64,000 nt of DNA from contig NC_057720.1 in the NCBI RefSeq assembly GCF_004010195.1, positions 18,949,220 through 19,013,219 on the forward strand, given 5' to 3'. Position numbers and translations under genes: made by a program. Origin of the DNA: Chiloscyllium plagiosum. Taxonomy: Eukaryota. The notes beneath the pieces are model-generated. The model was not told the DNA's origin, ran no database searches, and saw only the letters and a list, made by a program, of their open reading frames with translations. Below are positions 12,859 to 23,247 of the stretch, one piece after another (the first letter of the stretch is position 1; every line of letters begins with the position of its first letter).

Positions 12859-14006
12859 CAGTGCCTTTCTTTAATGGCCAGCAATGTGACTTTACATGTC
12901 CCACCTTCTGGCAGTGAAAACCTTTTCACAGTGCCCTTCTGAAACTACTGCCACTGTAATTGTCTGTGTCCCACTCCATTACAGTGAAAACACCTGAGGC
13001 CTTTCACTTCCTTTTCACTCTCTTGGGTTTCTTTAATATGTGGTAAATTCTTACCAGTGTTCTCTACTCTTGGTTTGGTAGTGTAAGATCTCACTGTCTC
13101 CCAACTTCTATCCCTTACAGGACGAAATTCTGGCCGGAAGCTTGGCTTATGCACCAACATGTACTCATCTCCTAATTCTGCTGTCCTTCTCGCTTCCTGA
13201 ACTTTCTGTTCCTCTACCTGAATACTTACCATCTCTGGAAGTAAGTTTGTAAACCCCTCTAGCAGAATAATCTCTCGTGGAGCCTCAAAGGCCCTATCTC
13301 TTTTGAAAGCACGCACTCTTCTTTCAAAATGACTGTTTAATTCTTTCGAACTCAACATAAGTCTGACCTGGTTCCTCCTTTATGTTTCTGAACTGCTGTC
13401 TATATGCTTCCGGGTACCAATTCATAAGCACTTAAAATAGCCTGTTTAACCACTTCATAATCTCTTAACATCTCATCTGACAGTGTGGCAAATACCTCTG
13501 TCTACTAGTTTAGTCTGAACTAGCATTACCTATAAATCATCGGACCACTCCAACTGCCTAGCCAAGTTTTCAAATGAAATAAAGATGGCTTCAACATCTT
13601 TCTCATCAAAATGTGGCAGAGTTTTGACATATTTATATATATCACTACCTTTTCATGTCCATTCTGTTAATGGCCTTTTTCTTTCCTTCTAAACTTTCTT
13701 GGCAAATTTGAGAATCATCTTCAAAACCTAGAATGTCTTTAACAATTTTAAGAGCCATTTCTCTCTCTTTTAATTTAATCAACCACAAGTCACCAAAATT
13801 AAACAAATTGCCTCACCTATGTTTTATTTAAAGATCTGGGACACTAACCTTACAAGCATTTAAATCTGGAATTTTTTGTACCCCCAAATCTAGTCAAATC
13901 TATCTAAACCAGTTCAAATCCCAAATCCAAGACTCAAACTGTTCAAAGCGCGGACACCCCCCCCCCCAAAAACATGATTCAAATCCGAACCACGAGTCCC
14001 CCAAAC

Positions 14007-14694
14007 TGTTACGACACCGGTAAACCCTCCTGCTTAATTTAAACCTGCAACACAGAAAGATTTATCCTGTGCAGTAACCTGTGAAAATCAGAGAGGCTAA
14101 GAATTATGTAATGTTAAAATTAACAACTTTATTTCTGTAACAGAATAATTAATTAACAACTGTTTGCAACTCCTTAAAGGTACAATCTTTTATTTTCCCT
14201 TCTATAATACTAGTCCAATAAAAAAAACCCCGATTTAAGATTCGCTGAAAAATTCAAATTTCAAAACCAGCCAGCTGTCGAATCGTCTCTTTGTAGATTT
14301 GCTCTCTAAGTCGGTGTCAATGTTTTTCTCTGTGCAAACTCCTTCTATAGACAGGTACCTCTCAGACAGTTCTGACTAACAGTATACATCTGATGGTCTT
14401 TTGGCGGTTCTCTCTCAACTGTTCAATTTTTTCCAGTCATATAGTACCAAAGCATCAGATTGTGTCATTGGCTTTCAAGGTTGTCGAATTCGTATTTTCT
14501 GGGGGGGTGCGGGGCAGAGTATAACTTAAACTGATTGGCCATATTTGAATTTATTTTTGTCTCCAGGCAACCAGCTACCCACGCTACTGGACCAAAGGTT
14601 ACATTATATCTTGTTCAGAACATTTGGTGCTGTCAGGTAGTTTTGCTAGCTTTTAACTTTCTTAAAGGTACAATGCACCCACATCTTCATAATA
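14007..14694 (-). repeat. 5' LTR of the Gmr1-like element, with adjacent tRNA-Pro-like PBS
   Basis: tgttacgac...cttcataata. The minus strand next reads TGGGGGACTCGT (about 14003-13992), similar to the tRNA-Pro PBS TGGGGGCTCGTCCGGGAT. Confidence 0.85.
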
Positions 14695-16529
14695 ATTAAC
14701 TGATTATTTTCTTACATTTGGATATTGCACATCTTAGTATTTTACAAGACCCATAAAGAACATGATGATTTCATTGCACGTTTGATAGAGAAACTGTAGG
14801 CCATGGTGTAGGCCCTTCATCTACTTCTCAAGTTTTGCAAGCTCCTTGAAGTATAATACCATATGTAGAAAGTAACAAAGCATTGTTACGGTGAGCTTTT
14901 TTTCAGCTGAATATCAAAAAGGCAAGTTTGGAAAGATGAAACAAAATTTTGAAGATACTTATATTAGAAATATGAAATCATTTGAAAGTAACCTTAATCA
15001 AATTTGATGCAATAAATGCTTTAAGCAGTAGATGTAAAATTGACGTAAACTGGTGTAAGGCTGTTTGATTTGGTTTTAACTTTAGCAGACACAATTTAAA
15101 TCTTCATTGAGTAGTTCAATATTTCCCTACCCTTTACTTGACAGCCATTTAAATTCACTCAGTGTATTAATCCCAAGGGTTCTTATGGCACAGTGTACTT
15201 GCCTCTGGGCCAGCAAGTTGGGGTTCACATACTACTTGTTATGGAAGTATATGTAACGTGTCTGACCAAGTTGGTTAAATACTTACAAATTACTCATGGG
15301 TGTTTATAATGTTGTTTATTGATATCTGCATAATTAACTTGTTGCAATTCTGGGAATTAAATTGCATGATACTTAGAGCTGACTTCAGTTAGCTGATGAT
15401 GGATGCATACAAATTATAGCTGTTGATGGGGACAATTACATCAAAATACAAATATGGTTTAATCAAATAAATCCTTGTTTGTTTTTAAATGTATGCAGAA
15501 TACGTATAGCCAACCATTTTTGCCAGATGATTTAGTGTGTTCTTCTGCTTCCAGAGGTATTTTCTGAGGTACTAATAACCATCTTTTAAACTTGTCAGCA
15601 GCTTTCATTTTGTTATCTGTAAAAAAAACCATGGCTGAGGGTGTAGATTAAATTCAGACCTGCAAGTGCAATATTTTTATATCTGCATGTATGATTGGGG
15701 GTCAAACAGTGTTTGCAGCCTTAATTTTAAACACTTATTTGATGTGCCCTCTTTTTGTTTTTGCCTTGGTTCTAAGCTGAGATAACTTCATTAGTTTAAA
15801 CACTATTTCTGAAGATACTTTCACATGTTGAATTGCAGAACTGATGTTTATATTTGCTGTATTAGCACAGTATAGTGTGGGTTTCTCATTTAGTAGTGCA
15901 CAAGGCAGTAACTATAGAAGGCTTTGTTCTTTTCTCAAGCTAGATTCTGCTTTGCTAAATCACAATAAACTCCTGCCAGATTCTTTATTATGTTTAGCTG
16001 AATAATGCTGATGCAGTAAATCTACGTAACGTCGATTTGCAATTGGCCTGATGGTTTCTCGTGCAAACAAACCGATGTGTTGCTGATTTGATCTGATGTG
16101 AGTTTTAGTATGCAGTGATAACACTCTTTGATTCCAATATTGTATGTGTATACACTGGATACATCGCTATTTTCTGTATTTATTTATTTATCTTAACTGG
16201 AAACACATTTCAATTCCTGATTATGAACTCTTCCTAAGTAAAATTTTGCTCTTCCTTGATGTGCCATCAGATCTGCAACAAAAAGTCACATTGGCCCAGG
16301 GCAAGGTTAATGAAAGTGAGCAGTTGCTATTTTGCCACCTTTACCCTTCTGATTTTGTAGCTCGAGAATTTGATACAAATGCAGATTAATGTGGGAATTC
16401 TAAAATTGTGCTCTGTCATTCACTGCTCTGCCAAAGAGTGTGCTGTGGACCTCGCCATTATCGGCAGATAGTTAAATGAATAAATTTGATGAGAACCGCC
16501 TCTTTATGTGCTCTCATCACTAGAAGCCT

Positions 16530-18810
16530 CTTTAAAAGTGAAGCCTTGTTTATTGAGGTATAATGGGCTTTTAATGATATCATTAATAATCCTAAGGCAG
16601 CAGTCATCACAGATGGTACTAAATCGGATAATTTTAGTATTGGGAGATATCGTCGACAGGGGTATTGTCTTTCACCGCTATTATTTACCTTGGCAAATGA
16701 GCCGTTAGCTGAGGCTATCAGGAAGAATCCTCAACGACTGGCGCCAAGGATGGGAATGGGGGAGCAGAAGATCGCCCTATACACTGATGATGTCCTCTTG
16801 TTCTTGGCCAATCCAGAGGTGTCCGTTCCTTGATTGATTCAAAAAATTAATTTATTTGTCAGTTTTTCGGGATACAGGGTCAACTTTACAAAATCAGAAG
16901 CCGTGCCGGTCAGGGGATTAGTGGAAGTGCCTGATCTGAAGGATGGAATGCAGTTCCCATTTAGATGGTTATCAAAAGGTTTCTTTATATTTGGGAATTT
17001 TTATCAGCCTACCTTCCTCCAGCTGTATAAAGCTAACAATGTACAATTACTGGAGAGGATAAAGCAGGATTTGCAGCGGTGGGAGGGATGACCGCTATCA
17101 TGGTTAGGCTGAATAGCCCTGATTAAAATGAATGTTCTTCCTCGCTTGTTGTACCCCTTATGAATGCTCCTGTTTTGCTGCCCAGACAAGTGTTATGGAG
17201 GCTCAGTGGTTGGCTAGGCTCCTTTATTTGGTATCGTAGGTGCCCTCTAATTAAATTCATTAAATTGCAGCTCCCGCAGGGTGATGGGGGAGGTATACCT
17301 TCCAAGCTTGAAGAGAAATCAAGTAAGCGTCCTGTTAGTATATGTAGGTGACGAGGTACGGGGGGATTTGGCCTGACGTTGAAGCCTCGTAGTTGAGATG
17401 TCCCCTAGCTAATCTATTACTCATGGATAAGATGGAATCCGTGATCGAGTAGTGTAAGAACTCGAATCATTTTAAATATGGTGAAAGCCTGAAGGATAAT
17501 GAAGCAAGATGAGAGCAATTGCTTAAGACCTCACCATTTACCCCATTGGTGGGAGCCCAAGGATTTAAACCTGGGGCAATGGACTCCGCCTTTAGGCTAT
17601 GGGAGAATAAGGGAATCTCTTGTTTGGCAGATTTATTTGAGGGAGAGGTCTTGATGTCATTTAGCCAACTGTCAGAAATATGGATTGTCTAATAGGGACC
17701 GTTTCTAGTACTTTTAAATAAGGGATTATATACAAAGGAAGATCATGCTCCTGGCTCAGCCTTACAAGTCAGACGTGGAGAAAAGAGTTCTCTGATGTAC
17801 GGGCGCTCCTTTAATTAGTTACTTTGAATCGCTTACAGAAGGGGCATGCCTTAGGAGATGTGGAGAGACTCTGCAGGACTTTAAATCGGGAACTAGGAGA
17901 GGATGTTTCATTGGAAACAGGAAATTATATGGAAAGATGTAAAGAAAATCTCAATATGTAACAAAGCGCAGTCCATGCAATTGAAGATTTTACACAGGGC
18001 TCAAATGGCACCAGAGAGGTCAGCTAAGTTCAAGAGAAGAGCATCTCCAGGATGTCCCAAATGCAAAATTAGTATAGGCACACTCACACACTACTATTGG
18101 TCATGTTGCAAGATCTGAAGATACTGGAGTACCATACCTACTGGAGCAGAAGGAAGTCCTGGGAATTGAAGTCAAAGTGGACCCGGCATTTCTTTTTCTG
18201 GGGTTGCCAGATTTGCCCACTCTGAGGGAACATAGGAAGAGACAGTAGCATTCCAAACCACCGTGCGAGGAAGAACATTTTAATGAATTGGATGTTGGAA
18301 AATACCCTTATGGGGTGGCGCAGGTTGTTGATTGAGCATCTCCCCAAGACTAACTTACAAACATGGTGCACCACAAAACAGAGCAATTTCATAAGACATG
18401 GTGGCCCTTCTAAATTATACTGACGCAGACTTATCGGCAATATTAATTAGGGCCGTGATATACCTGTGGGAATCAGTTTGGGTGCCTGTGGGGCCCTCGA
18501 ATGGGGAAGCTGGGGAAAACAGTACGGGTAGAATGACTGGTGCTCCCAAGGGTGGGAACTTCAGTGGAGGTGTGATGAGTGAAATAGAATAAGGTAATGT
18601 GATATAATTTAGTTTAAGTTCAGCTTAATTTAATTTTTATTTAAAGTTAAGTAGATATGTTGTTCTGGTAGAATAGTAAGTAGTTTATTATTAATATTAT
18701 TGTGATATGACATTGTACTAACACTGTCTTGTCTTTTGGGTTTTTTTATATATAGTTGTTTTGTAACTGATTTGAAAAAGTTTTTAATAAATATATTTAT
18801 TTTAAAAACA
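16530..18810 (+). mobile_element. Degraded 5'-truncated L1-clade LINE (RT through 3' UTR)
   Basis: Reads RQGYCLSPLLFTLANEPLAEAIR, KIALYTDDVLLFL, FSGYRVNFTKSE and MQLKILHR..CPKCKISIGTLTHYYWSC. AATAAA and an A-rich end near 18786-18808. Related to the copy at 11935-12858. Confidence 0.88.
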
Positions 18811-19383
18811 GTTGAAGGCACAGCTTCCAGTTGAGAAAGTTGTATATGGTATGAGCAGGTGGGGAAAGTGTGAAGTTTTGGGTTGCTAAGGCTCAGTTAG
18901 CATGACTTCGATCAGATAAGAACTTGCAGTAAACAGTGAGGTGCTGGAGGCAAGGGTATTGGGTTAACAGGATGAAAAAGCATTCATTATGTAAAGGCAG
19001 TTAACAAGGTGTAAAAGGATTGATTATTCAAATTCAGTTTAACAAGGTGAAAAGTATTCAATATGTGAAGCCAGTTCAGGTTAAGAACATTCATTGTATA
19101 ACAGCAGATGGCTTAATCTCTACTGTTGACACTCGCTGATTGTAACGGTCACTCAATCAATATGAATGTTGCCTTATCTGGAAGCTGCTCACTCTAAGTG
19201 ACTATATAATTCATTAAGAATCTGCTGTTTGAGAGAAGACTGAGAACTCATGTCTCTGTGCACATGGGTGGTTGTCTGTCTCCCTCCAGGGCCCGGAATA
19301 AAGACGAAGGAGGTAAAACTATACTGTCTCTCGGAGCATTTTGCTTCGACTGATAAGCGGACAGGGAAATGGGATGACAATAT

Positions 19384-19401
19384 TGGCATAGTCAGCAGGA
19401 T
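19384..19401 (+). other. Primer binding site complementary to the tRNA-Ser 3' end
   Basis: TGGCATAGTCAGCAGGAT versus TGGCGTAGTCGGCAGGAT: 16/18 match, and both mismatches are CpG-to-CpA decay. It lies 4 nt after the LTR end. Confidence 0.85.
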
Positions 19402-20744
19402 CCAAACGAATACTTACGATCGGACGGTGTCAGTGATCACCCGGAACACCAGTGTCATGAGACGGATGAGCCCACATGGTAGGATTGTAAACTTTGGTCC
19501 CTCTCAATATTCCTGTGTGTCGGAAACGGTCTCCTTGCTCAATTGCTCTCTATCCTTCAGACTCCTTGAATGGTAATTAGTTCAATTGAGAGACAGTTTC
19601 AAAAGCGCACTGATAAACAGAGGTTCGAGTCCTCTGCGCTGTATTGGGGTGTGGTTCCTCTGTTTAAGTGGGGTTTGAGTTCTGTGTTTAATCGAGATTC
19701 GCGTTCTCTGTGTTTAAGTGAGGTTCGAGTTCTCTGTGTTTACTTGGAGTTCGAGCCCCGTGAGGAGTAAAGTGAGAAAGAGGTTAAAGTCCCCTAATGG
19801 CGAGGTTGAGGCTCTGCGAGTCTTTGTTCTGGGGGAAGAGAGTGGCTAGGATTGTGGCGCCATGTGGTCTGCTGCAAGGGCTTTCTCTTTTTATAAATGT
19901 TATTTCAGTGAGAGGATACAAAAAAAAGTGAGAAACGCTGAAATTAAGGTTGTGCTAATACTTGGATTGAAAAGGAAAGTTTCAATGTAAATTGTGCCAT
20001 GCTAAGTGTGTTTGATTTTTAAAAATTTTGGTTTGTTAAAATCCTGGTTCGGAAAATCCTTTTGAGTAGCTGTTTTGCCTTGTTTGAATTAGGATCTCAA
20101 TTCAGTATGTTTTGTGGGCTATGTAATGGGGCAGATTTTGTTTTTACATTGAAATTGTACAATATTATGTTCTTTTCAAAATTATCAAACTGGTAACCTT
20201 AAAACAAATTCAGTGCCTTGAGACCCTGATTTGTTTGAAATTCTATAATGTCTGTCCAAAAGATAACAGTTGGGTCAGTGGTCATGCTTCAGCCAAATGA
20301 GAGTACTGTATTAAAATAAAATATTTTTATTGCAGAGTGTTCACAAAAAGAGTGCATTTGAGTTTGATGTTTTGTTAAGATTTCAGAGAATATTAGAAGT
20401 TGAGGCTGAGCTGTTTAAATTCTTTCAATTATTGTTAAGACTTCATTGGCCATCCTCTTATTGCAAATTCAAAGACTGTTGATCTCTACCAAAGTTGCCG
20501 CTGTAATTCCAACTGTTTTATTTGGGAAGTTTCATTTGGAGAAAATATGTTCAAATGTTCTGCATTTGTTTCCCACAAATATTTGAGATTTAAATCTGAA
20601 TTGAAACTGCCTCTTCAATTGCTAAAGCACAGAAAATATTTTGTTATTGTCTTGCTTTTCCAGACTTTCAAAATACATTTCCTGAATGCTTTCACATTAG
20701 CCAAGTGTTAATTTGTGAAAGGAAAATAATTTTTGAATAACCTG

Positions 20745-20995
20745 AATGGGGTCCTCAGAGGGTTTGATTTTAGGACCATTTGATTGTTGTTTATAATTGA
20801 CTGAATTGTTTAGGCAGTACAGTTTAGAAGTTTATGGATTGTTTAAAACTTGATAATGTCATAAATAGTGAACAGAGTAACAGACTTCAAGACGGCTGAA
20901 AATGTTGAAATAGGCAGACACAATCTCGTGTAGATAAATGTGACCATCTTCATACTGATAACCACCTTGGCAAGGAAAGAATGAGTGAGGAAATG
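20745..20995 (+). mobile_element. Very degraded CR1-like RT relic inside the ERV-like element
   Basis: ggggtcctcagagggtttgattttaggacca resembles GVPQGSVLGP, and gtagataaatgtgaccatcttcat reads VDKCDHLH. Confidence 0.45.
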
Positions 20996-21116
20996 CAAAG
21001 ACTTCCAGCAGTTAACATCATCTCTAGAGTTTCTCCATTCACATGTAAAGCATGCCTTCGGACCACCACCCACCCCTCCACAACCTGATCCAACGGATTC
21101 AATCAGCTCCTCAGCC

Positions 21117-21425
21117 ATGAGCATGAAAAGTTAAGAAGCCAACAACAGTGAAGACGAAGTCGGTATGCTTTTTGTAAGTGGCCTTCCTACAGACATTAAA
21201 CCACGTGAGCTTTACCCTGTTTTTCGATTGTTTAAGGGATATGATGGTTCACTGATCAAGCTAACATCACAACAGCCAGTTGGCTTTGTTAGATTTAACA
21301 GCAGAGCAGGAGCAGCAAACAATGCTGCATTCACCTGGCCTGCTGCTGCACTGCACACTCGGATGCGTTGGTATCCTCCTTCTGAAGCATCTCCGGAAGG
21401 ATGGAAGTCTTGTCAATTTTGTGAA
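21117..21425 (+). pseudogene. RBPMS2: Processed pseudogene (retrocopy) of RBPMS2/RBPMS with an in-frame internal deletion
   Basis: Starts gccATG and reads MSMKS*EANNSEDEVGMLFVSGLPTDIKPRELYPVFRLFKGYDGSLIKLTSQQPVGFVRFNSRAGA, joined to NAAFTWPAAALHTRMRWYPPSEASPEGWKSCQFC. This matches the RBPMS-family RRM N-half and C-terminus. No introns, stop at codon 6, native stop lost. RBPMS2 is preferred over RBPMS from recall only. Confidence 0.88.
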
Positions 21426-21792
21426 GTATTTAACTGCCCTTATCCAAGAATTCAGATTTCTCTGAGGAGTGGTCTACAAGGACAAACTGAATGTTGTTTT
21501 CAGGTTAGACTTTATTGAAGGAGATTTTGGAGAACTAGCTCATTTCCTCTCGACTTGGAGGGGATGGAGTAGTCACTGAAGATTGTGAATTTAAGAACTT
21601 TACTGGTGAATTTCTTTTCCACGTGGGAGGATCCTAGAAATTCTATTTACTGCACAGACTAGTAATCTGTTGTTATAATAATTGTTTGCTGTGTGTCAAT
21701 AACATGCTGGTTGTCGGAGTCCTGTGAAAGCTGGTAGTGCCATCTAGCTGGTTATCATGAAATGATAAAAGGAGAGAATGAGAAAGTTTATA

Positions 21793-23247
21793 AGAGTCAT
21801 AGAGATGTACAGCATAGAAACAGACTCTTCGGTCCAACCAGTCCATGCCAACCAGATATCCCAATCCAATCTAGTCCCACTTACCAGCACCCAGCCCATA
21901 TCCCTCCAAACCCTTCCTATTCATATACCCATCCAAATGCCTCTTAAATGTTGCAATTGTACCAGCCTCCACCACTTCCTCTGGCAGCTCATTCCATACA
22001 CGTACCACCCGCTGTGTGGAAAGGTTGCCCCTTAGGTCTCTCTTATATCTTTCCCCTCTCACCCTAAACCTATGCTCTCTAGTTCTGGACTCCCTGACCC
22101 CAGGGAAAAGACTTTGTCTATTTATCCTATACATGCCCCTCATAATTTTGTAAACCTCTATAAAGGTCACCCCTCAGCCTCCAACGCTCCAGGGAAAACA
22201 GCCCCAGCCTGTTCAGCCTCTCCCTGTAGCTCAGATCCTCCAACCNNNNNNNNNNNNNNNNNNNNNNNNNNNNNNNNNNNNNNNNNNNNNNNNNNNNNNN
22301 NNNNNNNNNNNNNNNNNNNNNNNNNNNNNNNNNNNNNNNNNNNNNNNNNNNNNNNNNNNNNNNNNNNNNNNNNNNNNNNNNNNNNNNNNNNNNNNNNNNN
22401 NNNNNNNNNNNNNNNNNNNNNNNNNNNNNNNNNNNNNNNNNNNNNNNNNNNNNNNNNNNNNNNNNNNNNNNNNNNNNNNNNNNNNNNNNNNNNNNNNNNN
22501 NNNNNNNNNNNNNNNNNNNNNNNNNNNNNNNNNNNNNNNNNNNNNNNNNNNNNNNNNNNNNNNNNNNNNNNNNNNNNNNNNNNNNNNNNNNNNNNNNNNN
22601 NNNNNNNNNNNNNNNNNNNNNNNNNNNNNNNNNNNNNNNNNNNNNNNNNNNNNNNNNNNNNNNNNNNNNNNNNNNNNNNNNNNNNNNNNNNNNNNNNNNN
22701 NNNNNNNNNNNNNNNNNNNNNNNNNNNNNNNNNNNNNNNNNNNNNNNNNNNNNNNNNNNNNNNNNNCCACTGGTCACAGGCCTCCAGTCTGAAAAACAAC
22801 CCTCCACCACCACCCTCTGTCTTCTACCTTTGAGCCAGTTCTGCATCCAAATGGCTAGTTATCCCTGCATTCCATGAGATCTAGCCTTGCAAACCAGTCT
22901 CCCATGGGGAACCTTGTCAAACATCTTACTGAAGTCCATATAGATCACATCTACCACTCTGCCTTCATGAATCCTTTTTGTTACTTCTTCAAAAAACTCA
23001 ATTAAGTTTGTGAGACATGATTTCCCACGCACAAAGCCATGTTGACTATCCCTAATCAGTCCTTGCCTTTCCAAATATATGTACATCTTGTCCCTCAGGG
23101 TCCCCTCCAACAACTTGCCCACCGTCGAGGTCAGGTTGACTGGTCTATAGTTCCCTGGCTTGTCCTTACCACCCTCCTTAAACAGTGGCACCACGTTTGC
23201 CAACCTCCAGTCTTCTGGCTCCTCACCTGTGACTATTGATGATACAA
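21793..23247 (-). mobile_element. CR1/HER1-type LINE inserted about 14 bp into the ERV 3' LTR (spans an assembly gap)
   Basis: Reads ANVVPLFKEGGKDKPGNYRPVNLTS..YMDFSKMFDKVPH and RTREHRFRV..QRVVRVWNELP, with a ctctatgact tail. Confidence 0.9.
22246..22766. other. Assembly gap (521 N)
   Basis: Run of N within a CR1 element. Confidence 1.

Larger units (their letters stand above)
6967..14694 (-). mobile_element. Decayed full-length Gmr1-like Ty3/Gypsy LTR retrotransposon
   Basis: Two homologous LTRs at 6967-8410 and 14007-14694. Minus-strand order: gag, protease (about 11700-11400), integrase (about 11190-10030: H..GGHL, DCVGP, SDKGSNF, YHPESQGALER, GPY), RT (about 9860-9100, YLDD at 9337-9326), RNase H (about 8930-8564, ..ADALSRI). 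Many stops and frameshifts. Possible 4-bp TSD attg/atta. Confidence 0.92.

Noticed and set aside
19620..19760. CRISPR-like repeat array
   Set aside because: The units are contiguous degenerate tandem repeats without unique spacers, in a eukaryotic context with no cas genes.
21165..21518. Functional nested RBPMS2 gene
   Set aside because: It is intronless, has an upstream in-frame stop, lacks half of the RRM, has substitutions at conserved residues and lies inside an LTR element. Treated as a retro-pseudogene.
21560..21766. Possible env transmembrane remnant (VVIIIVCCV) before the PPT
   Set aside because: Too short and interrupted by stops to support a call. A TBLASTX against family copies would be needed.
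22072..22846. Long ORFs across the first gap
   Set aside because: Artefacts of N runs inside a CR1 element.
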